Source: Candidatus Omnitrophota bacterium
GTDB lineage: Bacteria; Omnitrophota; Gorgyraeia; Gygaellales; Profunditerraquicolaceae
Length of the DNA stretch: 56,797 nt
Reading direction: 5' to 3'
NCBI GenBank assembly: GCA_023229385.1
Contig: JALNZI010000008.1
Span: 1 to 56,797, forward strand
Below, piece after piece: positions 1 through 9,045 of the stretch. The notes beneath the pieces were generated by a model that was given only the letters and a program-made list of their open reading frames with translations, was not told where the DNA came from and did no database searches. A program made the position numbers and the translations under genes. Within the stretch, counting starts at the first letter, position 1. Each line of letters begins with the position of its first letter.

Positions 1-673
1 TTTTTATTTTTATTTCAACATCTTTAATATTTTGAACAATATTTTCAATTGTTATTTTTTCATTAGTTTGTTTATCTAATTTTTTTTGTTTCTTTTCTAA
101 AACATTTAATTCTTGCTCAATTAACTCAATATTACTATATTTTTGTAATTGTTTTTTCTTTTCTTTTAAATCTTGTCTTCTAATTTGATTTAATTTTTTG
201 TAATTACGTATTTCTTTTTGTGCATTAGTAATTCCTGTGTTAATTAAATCAATATTAGCTATTTTATTAAAATATTCTGTAATTTTACCCGGTGTTTTAC
301 TTAATAAAAAAGGTTCATCACCTTGTTGTTGAATATTAACTTCATCAATATTTAATACATTTTGCACATCTTCTGGAACATTTGCACCAAAATCAATATA
401 ATGTGTACCGTTACAAATATATTCATTTGTAGTCCTTTTTTTCCTTATTACAGTTTGTTCATCATCAAAAACACCTTTTACTATTGTGTTGCCTCCCCAA
501 TATGAACGAAAAGCTTCTCCACCGGGTTTATTATTTATAAGCCATAATAAAGCCCGTATAATTGCAGTTTTTCCGGAATCAGTTTTCCCAACAATAATAT
601 TAACACCATCATCAAAATTTAATACAGTATTTTGATGTGATTGATAATTTTTAATAGAAAGTTGCTTTAACAT
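1..673 (-). CDS. Rad50/SbcC-like ABC-type ATPase, N-terminal part (gene runs off the window start)
   Basis: Minus-strand translation from the ATG at 673 gives MLKQLSIKNYQSHQNTVLNFDDGVNIIVGKTDSGKTAIIRALLWL. This has an SMC/SbcC-type Walker A (GKTDSGKT) followed by a K/E/Q-rich coiled coil, and there is no stop before position 1. Confidence 0.6.
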   Translation of the reverse strand, partial: MLKQLSIKNYQSHQNTVLNFDDGVNIIVGKTDSGKTAIIRALLWLINNKPGGEAFRSYWGGNTIVKGVFDDEQTVIRKKRTTNEYICNGTHYIDFGANVPEDVQNVLNIDEVNIQQQGDEPFLLSKTPGKITEYFNKIANIDLINTGITNAQKEIRNYKKLNQIRRQDLKEKKKQLQKYSNIELIEQELNVLEKKQKKLDKQTNEKITIENIVQNIKDVEIKIK

Positions 674-912
674 GGTATTCTTCTTGTTCTTTTTATAATT
701 TTATTTTTACGTTTTCTTATTATTTTAATTGGTTTTTCTGGTAAACGTTCAATCATTCTTTCATCAACTTTTTCAATACCACCTCTAATATCAAAACCAA
801 TAGTATAAGTAGTATCCCACCATTGATAACTTTCTAACCATTTGGCAATTTGCCATGATTTACAACGTATAGGTTTAATCCAATAATATCCTGTTTTACG
901 TTTAATCATCAA
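667..912 (-). CDS. hypothetical protein
   Basis: ORF in the minus-strand operon; it overlaps its neighbours by a few bases. Confidence 0.3.
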   Translation of the reverse strand: MMIKRKTGYYWIKPIRCKSWQIAKWLESYQWWDTTYTIGFDIRGGIEKVDERMIERLPEKPIKIIRKRKNKIIKRTRRIPC

Positions 913-1135
913 TAACCTCCCATGTATATATTGAATTTAAAGTACGAAATGTATGTTCATTTATTACTTCTTGCACAATAGATGTACTCCAAGGTGTGTT
1001 TCTAGGAAACCTTTCATTAACTGTTGGTGGTAAACTTTTTTCATCAACAAACATTTCCCTTATGTATCCAACTGAAATATTATTAGGATGCACAGGTTTT
1101 TCAACCTCTTTAATTTTTTGGATTCTAATTTTCAT
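902..1135 (-). CDS. hypothetical protein
   Basis: ORF packed in the minus-strand operon. Confidence 0.3.
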   Translation of the reverse strand: MKIRIQKIKEVEKPVHPNNISVGYIREMFVDEKSLPPTVNERFPRNTPWSTSIVQEVINEHTFRTLNSIYTWEVIDD

Positions 1136-1392
1136 TTTGTTCTTGTTCTTTTAATTATTTTACCTTTTTGTTCTTTTTTAAGAAAATTTGTAAAAGTTGT
1201 ATATTCACAAGTTAAAAATATAGCTACTGCTTTAGTTACTTTATTGAGTATATATTTACCTTTTTTATGATTTTTCCAACCAAATACATACATATCTTCC
1301 TGTTTATATGCTGTGGCATACTTTTCTTTATTCTTTCCATAAAATAAAGGAACCCACTTTTTAAGTTTTTCTAAAATGATTTCATCATTCAT
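1132..1392 (-). CDS. hypothetical protein
   Basis: ORF with a 4-bp overlap with its neighbours (translational coupling). Confidence 0.3.
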   Translation of the reverse strand: MNDEIILEKLKKWVPLFYGKNKEKYATAYKQEDMYVFGWKNHKKGKYILNKVTKAVAIFLTCEYTTFTNFLKKEQKGKIIKRTRTK

Positions 1393-1573
1393 TTTCTTCT
1401 GTTTTGTTAAGAAAACTTTTAAGTTGTTCTAAATAAGTTTTTTTACACATAGGACAACATTGCTCTAATGAAGCCCTATTAGCAAATAACATAGAAATAC
1501 AAATTTCACCTTTGTTTAATTTTTTTAATTTCTTACCGCAAAGTGTTTTATTATTATCTTTAATATGATACAT
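1385..1573 (-). CDS. small Cys-rich (zinc-ribbon-like) protein
   Basis: CGKK...C...CCPMC spacing. Confidence 0.3.
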   Translation of the reverse strand: MYHIKDNNKTLCGKKLKKLNKGEICISMLFANRASLEQCCPMCKKTYLEQLKSFLNKTEENE

Positions 1574-1574
1574 T

Positions 1575-2114
1575 TTATTTTAATAATTTTAAAGTTGGTG
1601 AAAGTGTAATTGCTGCATGATAAATAGAAATGGCATCGGCCACAGCTTCATTATAATATTTAACTTTTGTCCACGGAACAATATAATGCTTTTTTATGGC
1701 ATTTATAGTTTCTTCTTTACTTGCTGATATTTTACCTAATAATATTTTTTTTGAATCACCTTCTGAATACCATTCAATAGGTATATTTTTACAATCAGCA
1801 ACAGTTTGTAACATGCCTGTTACCATGCCTATCATAACTGCTGCATTGGCATTTTGACTGCCATGTGGGGCTTCTGATAGTATATAATCAACATCATAAT
1901 CTGTAATTGCTGTTAGTAACAGTTTATTTATTTCAGATATTCTACGTATAGTATCATCAGATTTACGAATACGTTTTTTCTTATTATCTGGTTTTGTTTT
2001 AATACAACCACAAGTAATTATTTGATCATTTCTTATAACAGCATATCCCCAAGCCGTAATACTAGGATCATTTGTTAATATTGTCAGGTGTTTTGTTGTT
2101 CTTATCCTTTGCAT
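1575..2114 (-). CDS. ruvC: RuvC-like Holliday junction resolvase
   Basis: ILTNDPSITAWGYAVI matches the RuvC ILGIDPGSRVTGYGVI block. DYILSEAPHGSQNANAAVMIGMVTG matches [25 protein letters not shown], and ADAISIYHAAIT matches the ADALAIAITH catalytic Asp-His. Confidence 0.75.
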   Translation of the reverse strand: MQRIRTTKHLTILTNDPSITAWGYAVIRNDQIITCGCIKTKPDNKKKRIRKSDDTIRRISEINKLLLTAITDYDVDYILSEAPHGSQNANAAVMIGMVTGMLQTVADCKNIPIEWYSEGDSKKILLGKISASKEETINAIKKHYIVPWTKVKYYNEAVADAISIYHAAITLSPTLKLLK

Positions 2115-2301
2115 TTTTAAATGAATTAATAATAAATTGTCTTTGTGCTTTTGTAAGAGTACTTATATTCATAGAAATTTTTAAGTATTCTTTTTCAAAG
2201 TCTTCTTTAGTCCAACCATCATAAAACTTTTTAGTTTTAGTTTGTAAATTTCTTTTTAAAAGAAAAGTTGGCATTGTTATTGATCTATGTTCTTTAATCA
2301 T
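2068..2301 (-). CDS. hypothetical protein
   Basis: ORF; basic C-terminus. Confidence 0.3.
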   Translation of the reverse strand: MIKEHRSITMPTFLLKRNLQTKTKKFYDGWTKEDFEKEYLKISMNISTLTKAQRQFIINSFKNAKDKNNKTPDNINK

Positions 2302-3386
2302 CTTTGTTTTGGTTTACGTTCTGTTTTGAATTTTTGTTCAATTTCTTCCCATAAATCAATAACTTGATTTCTTAAATCATTTTCAGCACCACTTTTTTCA
2401 ATTATACTAATAGATTTTTCCATACTCATATCTAATTTATTATCCTTTATTGTGTACATGGTATTCTTAGTAAAATCTTTTATAAATTGAAGATTTGCAC
2501 GAATATCATCAATACCATAATCAAAAAGAATAATAACAGGTGCAGTATGAAATGGTTTCCAAATTGAGCTTTTAAATACTTCAACTTGTGTTTCAACACC
2601 AATACAGCGTTTAGTTTCTTTACCAACAATTTTTTGTTTTACCCAAATTTTTTCAGGATTGCCAGCACGAAGTCTTAATGATGAATAAAAACCAACACCT
2701 AATCCACCCGGAGTTGTATATTTTTGTCCGTACTGACCAGCATCAAGATTTTGTCTTACTTGATTTGAACAAACCATTAACCAATTATTTTTGGCAATAA
2801 TACGACAAGTTTTACGTAATTCTTCACTAAATTCTTTAGCTCTACGCATACCCATTTTATCACCTTCTTTATTCTCCATTTCCATATCGGTAGATAGAGC
2901 AGCTAATGAATCAGCAAATATTCCATTAACAATATTACCTTTTGGTTGCCAATTACGAACAGTTTGAAATACTTCAGTAACCGTATCAGGTGTGGTATAA
3001 TCAATTTGTTCAAAATCAACATCAAACATTTGTGCAAATTGCTTATTTAAACGTGCTTCAGGATCATGAAACATTATATCTCCTTCTTTACGTTGAACAT
3101 CACCCGCAATTTCACAAAGTAAAACAGTTTTTCCTGCTCCGGTAGGACCAAATAGTTCGACTAATATACCTAAAGGAATACCACCACCTCTAACTCTACC
3201 ACCACTAATGGCTAGATCTAATAAAGTAGAGCCAGTTGAAACAACAGTTTTAATACTACCATCATATTTCTTTTTCTTTTTAATAGGTGAATTAATATGA
3301 TTTTTTATTTGTTCATGTTCATTCAATTGTACTCTGTTTGTTCTTTTCCTTTTCATCAGATACAGATTTAATAATAGCATCAACAA
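2298..3386 (-). CDS. recA: RecA/UvsX-like recombinase
   Basis: VSTGSTLLDLAISGG...GIPLGILVELFGPTGAGKT is the RecA N-terminal/Walker A block, and L2-like TTPGGLGVGFYSSLRLR is present. The true start is probably the internal Met of MKRKRTN near 3356. Confidence 0.85.
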   Translation of the reverse strand: MLMLLLNLYLMKRKRTNRVQLNEHEQIKNHINSPIKKKKKYDGSIKTVVSTGSTLLDLAISGGRVRGGGIPLGILVELFGPTGAGKTVLLCEIAGDVQRKEGDIMFHDPEARLNKQFAQMFDVDFEQIDYTTPDTVTEVFQTVRNWQPKGNIVNGIFADSLAALSTDMEMENKEGDKMGMRRAKEFSEELRKTCRIIAKNNWLMVCSNQVRQNLDAGQYGQKYTTPGGLGVGFYSSLRLRAGNPEKIWVKQKIVGKETKRCIGVETQVEVFKSSIWKPFHTAPVIILFDYGIDDIRANLQFIKDFTKNTMYTIKDNKLDMSMEKSISIIEKSGAENDLRNQVIDLWEEIEQKFKTERKPKQR

Positions 3387-3711
3387 TAGATTGTTCTATT
3401 TCTTTTAATTCAAACTCTTGTCGTAACTTATTACGAAAATACATAAAGTTTTTCTTTTGTGGTGGTAAGCTTAAATAGACTTTATATATATTTTTAGCTA
3501 TAATATCTATCAAACTATCTTTAGTATAATCCTTTTGTTTTTCTACAACCCAGGAATGTATTAATTCACGTAATACTAATGTTTTAGTAATTCCTTTTGC
3601 AAGACAAAACAAATAAAGGAAGGATGCTTCCTCTTTAGGTAAATTAATACCAATAAATGAAACATCCCTCTTATCACATTCTTTAATATTTTTTTTCTTA
3701 ATAATTGTCAT
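3319..3711 (-). CDS. hypothetical protein
   Basis: ORF between the recombinase gene and the acidic-repeat gene. Confidence 0.35.
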   Translation of the reverse strand: MTIIKKKNIKECDKRDVSFIGINLPKEEASFLYLFCLAKGITKTLVLRELIHSWVVEKQKDYTKDSLIDIIAKNIYKVYLSLPPQKKNFMYFRNKLRQEFELKEIEQSIVDAIIKSVSDEKEKNKQSTIE

Positions 3712-4853
3712 TTCTTGTTAGCTTTTTTAGCGGAAATACATTCATGCCAAATTGAGCAATCTTCACAATCATCAAATTTATCAGTACTTATACCAAATTT
3801 ATGTCCAAATTTGCAAACTAATGCTTTAGGTGTAGTCTTTTTTGTAGAAGTTACTTTTCTTTTTCTTGCAGAAGTTACTTTTCTTTTTCTTGCAGGTGGT
3901 TCATCATCTGGTTCGTCCTCATCTTCATCTTCATCATCATCTGGTTCGTCCTCATCTTCATCTTCATCATCATCATCATTTGGTTCGTCCTCATCTTCGT
4001 CCTCATCTTCATCATCATCTGGTTCGTCATCATCTTCATCTTCATCTACAACTTTTTTTCCTGATGCTTTTTTAGATTTTGATGGTTTTACGTCTTCGTC
4101 TTCGTCTTCATCATCATTTGTTGTTTCTAAAAATTTTGCTTTAAGATCATCATAACTTAAAATCTTAAAACATTTATCCAAATCAGGAATTTGTTCAAGA
4201 ATTTCATCATCATATTGTTCTTTACGTTTGACAAAATCAAAACGTGTTGGTTTTGCATATTTGTTGCCACCAAAACTATCTTCTGCAAAAGTTACACGTA
4301 AAGTACTACCTGTTTGATGGTCTGGAAATGTCTCAAACTCATCATAGTCTTTTAATTGTTCCTCAAATGTTTCCTGAAATAAGTAATCTGATGTATCCAA
4401 TAAAAATAATTTATTGCTTTTAATTGATTTATTATTTTTAATGAAAATTGCATAAAGATTTCTTTCACTAGTTTTTGTTACTTTAATTTCTTCATCATCT
4501 GCACCTTCTTTTCTTAATTTATCCCTATATTCACATATAGGACATTTTTTACCAAAAGTTGTAGGGCAAACCACAGTTTCATTATTTGCACCTACCCCTC
4601 TATGGGTTTTAAATGGTCTTTTATACCAATATGTTCCCGGTGTAGCAATTTCATTTTCTTCATCCTTATCAGGATGTCTTTTATCTGATACAAGGTACGG
4701 CATAATATCCATATCAACTTTAGTATCCATTTCTGGTACAAATAATTCTACATTTTCAGGTAAAAGTAAATGCCCGAATCCGCTACTCTTTTTTCTTGAA
4801 TCTGCATTTTTTCTTGTTTTTCCTTTAAAGGAATTTTTTTTCTTTTTAATCAT
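3708..4853 (-). CDS. Zn-ribbon protein with long Asp/Glu repeat tract; candidate gp32-like ssDNA-binding protein
   Basis: Basic N-terminus, a CPTTFGKKCPICEY zinc ribbon, a core, about 90 aa of DEDEDE/DDDEP repeats, a 2x RKRKVTSA repeat and a C-terminal CKFGHKF...CEDCSIWHEC ribbon. It sits next to the RecA/UvsX-like gene. Confidence 0.4.
   Translation of the reverse strand: MIKKKKNSFKGKTRKNADSRKKSSGFGHLLLPENVELFVPEMDTKVDMDIMPYLVSDKRHPDKDEENEIATPGTYWYKRPFKTHRGVGANNETVVCPTTFGKKCPICEYRDKLRKEGADDEEIKVTKTSERNLYAIFIKNNKSIKSNKLFLLDTSDYLFQETFEEQLKDYDEFETFPDHQTGSTLRVTFAEDSFGGNKYAKPTRFDFVKRKEQYDDEILEQIPDLDKCFKILSYDDLKAKFLETTNDDEDEDEDVKPSKSKKASGKKVVDEDEDDDEPDDDEDEDEDEDEPNDDDDEDEDEDEPDDDEDEDEDEPDDEPPARKRKVTSARKRKVTSTKKTTPKALVCKFGHKFGISTDKFDDCEDCSIWHECISAKKANKK
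3847..3894. repeat. 24-bp perfect tandem duplication inside CDS 3708-4853
   Basis: gaagttacttttctttttcttgca x2. It encodes the RKRKVTSA repeat. A GAT/GAA-rich microsatellite-like tract lies at 3900-4130. Confidence 0.85.
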
Positions 4854-4864
4854 AATAATAAAAT

Positions 4865-5356
4865 TTAAGATTGTTTATTAATTTTAACTCTAGCATTATT
4901 TTCTGTTCTTTGCTGTTTTTTTCTTTCATATTCAGTATGCAAATCTCTTGGCATTTTTGGACCTGCAAAATAATTTTGACCATGTAACTGTACTAAATTT
5001 TCTAATGCTGCCTTACGTGTGAACGATATTTCATTTTTAATAATTTCAGCATCATTCATTTTCGTCATAGCTAAAATCCATTGTTCTTTAGCTGCAATAT
5101 GTCTTTTATTGTTTCTAAAGAATGCTTCAACATTTGCAACAGTTGGTTTAATACCTATACCTAAATATTTATCAGGATCATCATTAACTTTAGCAATTAA
5201 TTCTGAACGAATTAATTTAACATTTTCTTCCGCACGTGTAAATTCTTCTTTACAACGTGACCAATATTTACCATATTTAATAGCTAATTCTGCTTGGTCT
5301 AACCATTCAACGTCTAAGGCTTCTTCATCTATAACAATGTCTTTTTGATAGTTCAT
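4865..5356 (-). CDS. hypothetical protein
   Basis: 163-aa ORF. Confidence 0.4.
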   Translation of the reverse strand: MNYQKDIVIDEEALDVEWLDQAELAIKYGKYWSRCKEEFTRAEENVKLIRSELIAKVNDDPDKYLGIGIKPTVANVEAFFRNNKRHIAAKEQWILAMTKMNDAEIIKNEISFTRKAALENLVQLHGQNYFAGPKMPRDLHTEYERKKQQRTENNARVKINKQS

Positions 5357-5571
5357 AATTTTCTTTTTTTTAATTGTTTTTTAATTAACTTTGCTTCACC
5401 TATTACTATGCTTGAAATATTTTCTTGCATTTTATTAATAAGACTTAATGGATCATCATCTTCTTTTACAGTTTGTGAATAGCCACTTTGAAATTCAAAA
5501 TTTTCAAAATTACCTAAATTCACTTTATAAGTGAAAGTAACCCAAACTTTATTTTCTTTTTCATCAATCAT
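5353..5571 (-). CDS. hypothetical protein
   Basis: ORF with a 4-bp overlap with its neighbours. Confidence 0.3.
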   Translation of the reverse strand: MIDEKENKVWVTFTYKVNLGNFENFEFQSGYSQTVKEDDDPLSLINKMQENISSIVIGEAKLIKKQLKKRKL

Positions 5572-5762
5572 AATTTTGCTTTTGTTTTTATTTTAATCTT
5601 TACATTATTACCTAAATTAATAAAATTATTTTTAGAATTGTGTACATAAAAGTTAGCATCTTCTAATGTATTAAATTTACTAATTATTTTTCCATTATTA
5701 ATATTAAGTAAAGCATAACTTTCATGAACTTCTTGGTACGGATCAGACCATTCAATAAGCAT
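5568..5762 (-). CDS. hypothetical protein
   Basis: ORF. Confidence 0.3.
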   Translation of the reverse strand: MLIEWSDPYQEVHESYALLNINNGKIISKFNTLEDANFYVHNSKNNFINLGNNVKIKIKTKAKL

Positions 5763-5853
5763 AAAAGTGCCTTAATCATTTGTAAAAAAAGAGCCAATAT
5801 CAATTTTAAGGTCTTTTTCTTTTTTTACTCTAATTTTACCTTTGTTCATATTT

Positions 5854-6765
5854 CTAATTTTTAATTACTGAATAGCACGCATAAACTAAACCGGGAAAAC
5901 CGGTATTATAAAATGGTTCAATAAAAGATTCTAATATTAAACCCGCTACTTCATCATCTTTATTCAATAAAACGCTTGAAGCATAACCTAAAACTAAACG
6001 ACGTATTGTTTCAGGTTCTTGACCTTTTAAACCTTGTAAAATTGTTTTGACAGTACTCCAACTTTGTTTTTTAATTAAAGCACGACATAAAGCAATTCCC
6101 TCTAATTGTTCTTCTGCTGCTTGCTTAGCAATAGCTAATCTATGTTTTTTTGGTGTGCTTAATACTTTTTCAAGTATTTTAATTGAATTACGTGGACAAC
6201 CTTGACCATCTTGTATAATTTGTTCATAAATTTCTTCATCAATTTCATCATTTTCACCATTAACTATACTAGAAAGTAAAACTTGCATTTCATTATCTGC
6301 TAATAATTGCATTTGAAACTGGCTACAACGACCTTTAACTGTTGGTAATAGGTTTTGCGGGTCGGTAGTGCAAAGCATAAAATAAACGTGATCAGGTGGG
6401 TCTTCGAGTATTTTTAACAATGCGTTCTGGGCATCCCCTGTTGCTTTATGTATTTCATCTAAAATATACACTTTTACACCACCGCCTAAAGGTGTATATT
6501 GACAATTTTTACGTAAATCCCTTACTGTATCAATACCACGAAATTGAGCTGTATCAATTTCAATAATATTGTTTTCATTACAACCTAATTCTTTTGCAAC
6601 AATTCTTGCTACTGTTGTTTTACCTGTACCGGTGGAACCATAAAATAAAAAGGAATGTGGTATTGCTTCTTTATTTTTAAACATACCTTTTAAAGTTAAT
6701 ATAACTTCTTTATTACCTATAATTTCTGATAGGTTTGCAGGACGATATTTGTTATCTAATGACAT
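5854..6765 (-). CDS. clamp loader AAA+ ATPase (DnaX/RFC-like)
   Basis: KYRPANLSEIIGNKEV (compare KYRPxxFxxVVGQ), Walker A GSTGTGKTTVA, Walker B/sensor VYILDEIHK, and the SRC motif GRCSQF. Confidence 0.8.
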   Translation of the reverse strand: MSLDNKYRPANLSEIIGNKEVILTLKGMFKNKEAIPHSFLFYGSTGTGKTTVARIVAKELGCNENNIIEIDTAQFRGIDTVRDLRKNCQYTPLGGGVKVYILDEIHKATGDAQNALLKILEDPPDHVYFMLCTTDPQNLLPTVKGRCSQFQMQLLADNEMQVLLSSIVNGENDEIDEEIYEQIIQDGQGCPRNSIKILEKVLSTPKKHRLAIAKQAAEEQLEGIALCRALIKKQSWSTVKTILQGLKGQEPETIRRLVLGYASSVLLNKDDEVAGLILESFIEPFYNTGFPGLVYACYSVIKN

Positions 6766-6777
6766 AGGTTTAATATT

Positions 6778-7101
6778 TTAATTGATTATTTTATTATAAA
6801 TTCCTTTAACTATTCTGTTTAATATTTGCTCATATAAATCTAATTCATATAAAGCAACTATTTTTTGATTTTCTGGATATTTTGTAGTTATATATTCTTT
6901 TCTATTTTTTAAAATATCTTTTAATAAATTAATATAATTTTGACCGGCATACCTATTAATAAAAGGATCATCTATATCTTTATTTTTCCTTTTACGTATA
7001 GTTTTTTCTAATACTTTTTCAGTATTAAATAAAGATAAATTGCTTTTATTTTTTCTAGTTCTTTTCATTATTTTAAATGTAAAGATTGTTTTTCTGCCCA
7101 A
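6778..7101 (-). CDS. hypothetical protein (possible clamp-loader accessory subunit)
   Basis: ORF immediately upstream of the clamp loader. Confidence 0.3.
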   Translation of the reverse strand: MGRKTIFTFKIMKRTRKNKSNLSLFNTEKVLEKTIRKRKNKDIDDPFINRYAGQNYINLLKDILKNRKEYITTKYPENQKIVALYELDLYEQILNRIVKGIYNKIIN

Positions 7102-8453
7102 CTATGATCAACAGGACTTGCTTCTACATCTATATCTAATGGAACAATGATCCAAGGCCAGTTTATTTGTAAATCATGACACATTATACATCGCATAACT
7201 GCAATAACGTGTTTTAATTCATCTGGTGCAATATCTAAAACAATTGAATCATGTATTTGCCCAACAATTTTACTTTTCCAATGTTCTCTTTGTTGTGCTT
7301 TTATACCTTGTATTAATGACCATAACAAACAATGAAATGCAGAACATTGAATGGGGTAATTCATAACATCATTCTTTTTCATTAAACCATGAAAAGTAAA
7401 ACCAGTCATAGTTTCTACATAACCAATATTTTGATATTGTTGCCAAATATGTTCACGCCATTCATAATATTTTTTATAACGTTTATGCCAAAAATTATAT
7501 TCAATATCTTGTATATGTTCTGTAAATAATTCTAAATTTTTAAAACCTTTACTTATTAAATGATCTGAAATATGTTTATCTTCAAAAACTATACCTTCAC
7601 CTTTTTTCCAATTTTTGGTTTTAGATAATTTACACCATTTAAAAGCTATATTTATAGCACAATTCTTATAATAGTCACCGTAAAACTGTGGAAAAATAAA
7701 ACCATTTTTAGCAGATTGTCTTAATACTGCATGTGTAGGATCATTTTTATTAAACTCTTTTAACTGAAATATTTCCATTGCCATATCCCTGTGCATATCA
7801 CCTTTCAATATATCATCAATTAAACGTTGATCTTTACAAAAACATGATGCTATCCTGACTTCAAGTTGCTTGAAATCAAGCTCAACTAATTGGTGTCCGG
7901 GACTAGGATAAATAGCAGAACGGCAAATATTCATTGCTTCTTCATCCCTTTTTGGAATATTCTGAAAATTTGGATTGCTTGATGATCCTCTGTACGAACG
8001 TACTAAATGTAAATTATAAAATGGGTGCATTATACCGTTAATAGTTTCCCTTTCAAAAGAATCTAAATAAGTATCCCTTATTTTTTTAAGTTTTTTAATT
8101 TGTAAAAGTATGTTTAATTCAGGTATATTTAATTGTACAAGTGCTTCTTCATCTGTGGAACCTTGTTGTTCTGAAGTTGTTTGTTTATCAATTTTTAGTT
8201 TTTTGACTTTGTACAAAAAATTACTTAATTGTACTGGACTGTAAATATTTATTTTACTTTTTACAGATTTTTCCCAATCTAAATAAAAATCACTTTTAAT
8301 AAATTTATGTTCAAGTTTTGTAATTTCTTTTGTTATTTCTTTTTTCTTAGCTTGAACATAATCTATATTTATGTGTAATCCAGCGGATTCAACTTTAGCT
8401 AATGCTAAAATTCCATCATGAAATAATTTATATGAATCTGTTATATTAGTCAT
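7068..8453 (-). CDS. polA: family A DNA polymerase, polymerase (palm/fingers) part
   Basis: Motif A is LVELDFKQLEVRIAS (DYSQIELR-like), motif B is RQSAKNGFIFPQFYG (RRxAKxxNFGxxYG) and motif C is VGQIHDSIV (HDE-like). NFQNIPKR is also present. Confidence 0.85.
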   Translation of the reverse strand: MTNITDSYKLFHDGILALAKVESAGLHINIDYVQAKKKEITKEITKLEHKFIKSDFYLDWEKSVKSKINIYSPVQLSNFLYKVKKLKIDKQTTSEQQGSTDEEALVQLNIPELNILLQIKKLKKIRDTYLDSFERETINGIMHPFYNLHLVRSYRGSSSNPNFQNIPKRDEEAMNICRSAIYPSPGHQLVELDFKQLEVRIASCFCKDQRLIDDILKGDMHRDMAMEIFQLKEFNKNDPTHAVLRQSAKNGFIFPQFYGDYYKNCAINIAFKWCKLSKTKNWKKGEGIVFEDKHISDHLISKGFKNLELFTEHIQDIEYNFWHKRYKKYYEWREHIWQQYQNIGYVETMTGFTFHGLMKKNDVMNYPIQCSAFHCLLWSLIQGIKAQQREHWKSKIVGQIHDSIVLDIAPDELKHVIAVMRCIMCHDLQINWPWIIVPLDIDVEASPVDHSWAEKQSLHLK

Positions 8454-8454
8454 T

Positions 8455-8739
8455 TTATTCTAATTTTCCAACTTTTTTTGAATATTGTAAATATTGTTCA
8501 ATTCTTTCAATTTTTTGAAATCTTAATGTAGGATCAGCAGTATCTAAAATATATACACTACGTAATAATTCAATTATACCTCCAAGATCATTTAATTCTT
8601 TTTCAATAATTTCTTTATTGGTAATGAGTGTAGCAGGATGATGATCATTTAAACCAAAACGTAAAGCTTTAGAAACCGCATGTATTACTTCTGCACATTC
8701 TTCAGAAAGTATTACTAATAAATGTTCTTCTCTTGTCAT
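8455..8739 (-). CDS. MazG-like all-alpha NTP pyrophosphohydrolase
   Basis: LSEECAEVIHAV (EExxE) followed about 28 residues later by EKELND (E-x2-D). Confidence 0.4.
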   Translation of the reverse strand: MTREEHLLVILSEECAEVIHAVSKALRFGLNDHHPATLITNKEIIEKELNDLGGIIELLRSVYILDTADPTLRFQKIERIEQYLQYSKKVGKLE

Positions 8740-9045
8740 TGTATTTTTAATTATTATTTGTTAATTACCCAAGTTAATGCAGCCATTTGTCCTAATAAGT
8801 AACTTATCTCATGATTTAATTCATTTCCTTCACTAGATAATAGATCAATTTGATATAATGAATGCAGTTTTTATCAGTTTTCATTCTTTCTCGATTTAGT
8901 CTTACAATTTTATTACGTATTTTATCTTCTGTTTTCATTTTAATTATTTTTTAAATACGATTATTATAATCATCATTTGATTTTATATAGCATAATAATA
9001 AAAGACAAACTATAATTAATATTATTGTTAATGTTGGTGTCATAA

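Noticed and set aside
1088-1270. Assorted short plus-strand ORFs inside minus-strand genes (1088-1270, 5019-5348, 10378-11121, 16770-17030, 21858-22147, 23896-24081, 25619-25855, 31236-31844, 37335-37523, 38513-38737, 39192-40029, 40325-41115, 49135-49341, 50026-50223, 51115-51306)
   Set aside because: Each is fully nested in, and antisense or out of frame to, a longer ORF with recognisable motifs or operon context. They are typical AT-rich shadow ORFs.
3715-4155. Plus-strand ORFs encoding poly-Ser/Gly (146 aa) and HLHLHH (3866-4075)
   Set aside because: They are antisense or out-of-frame readings of the GAT/GAA acidic-repeat tract of the minus-strand gene 3708-4853. They have no start context and extreme low complexity.
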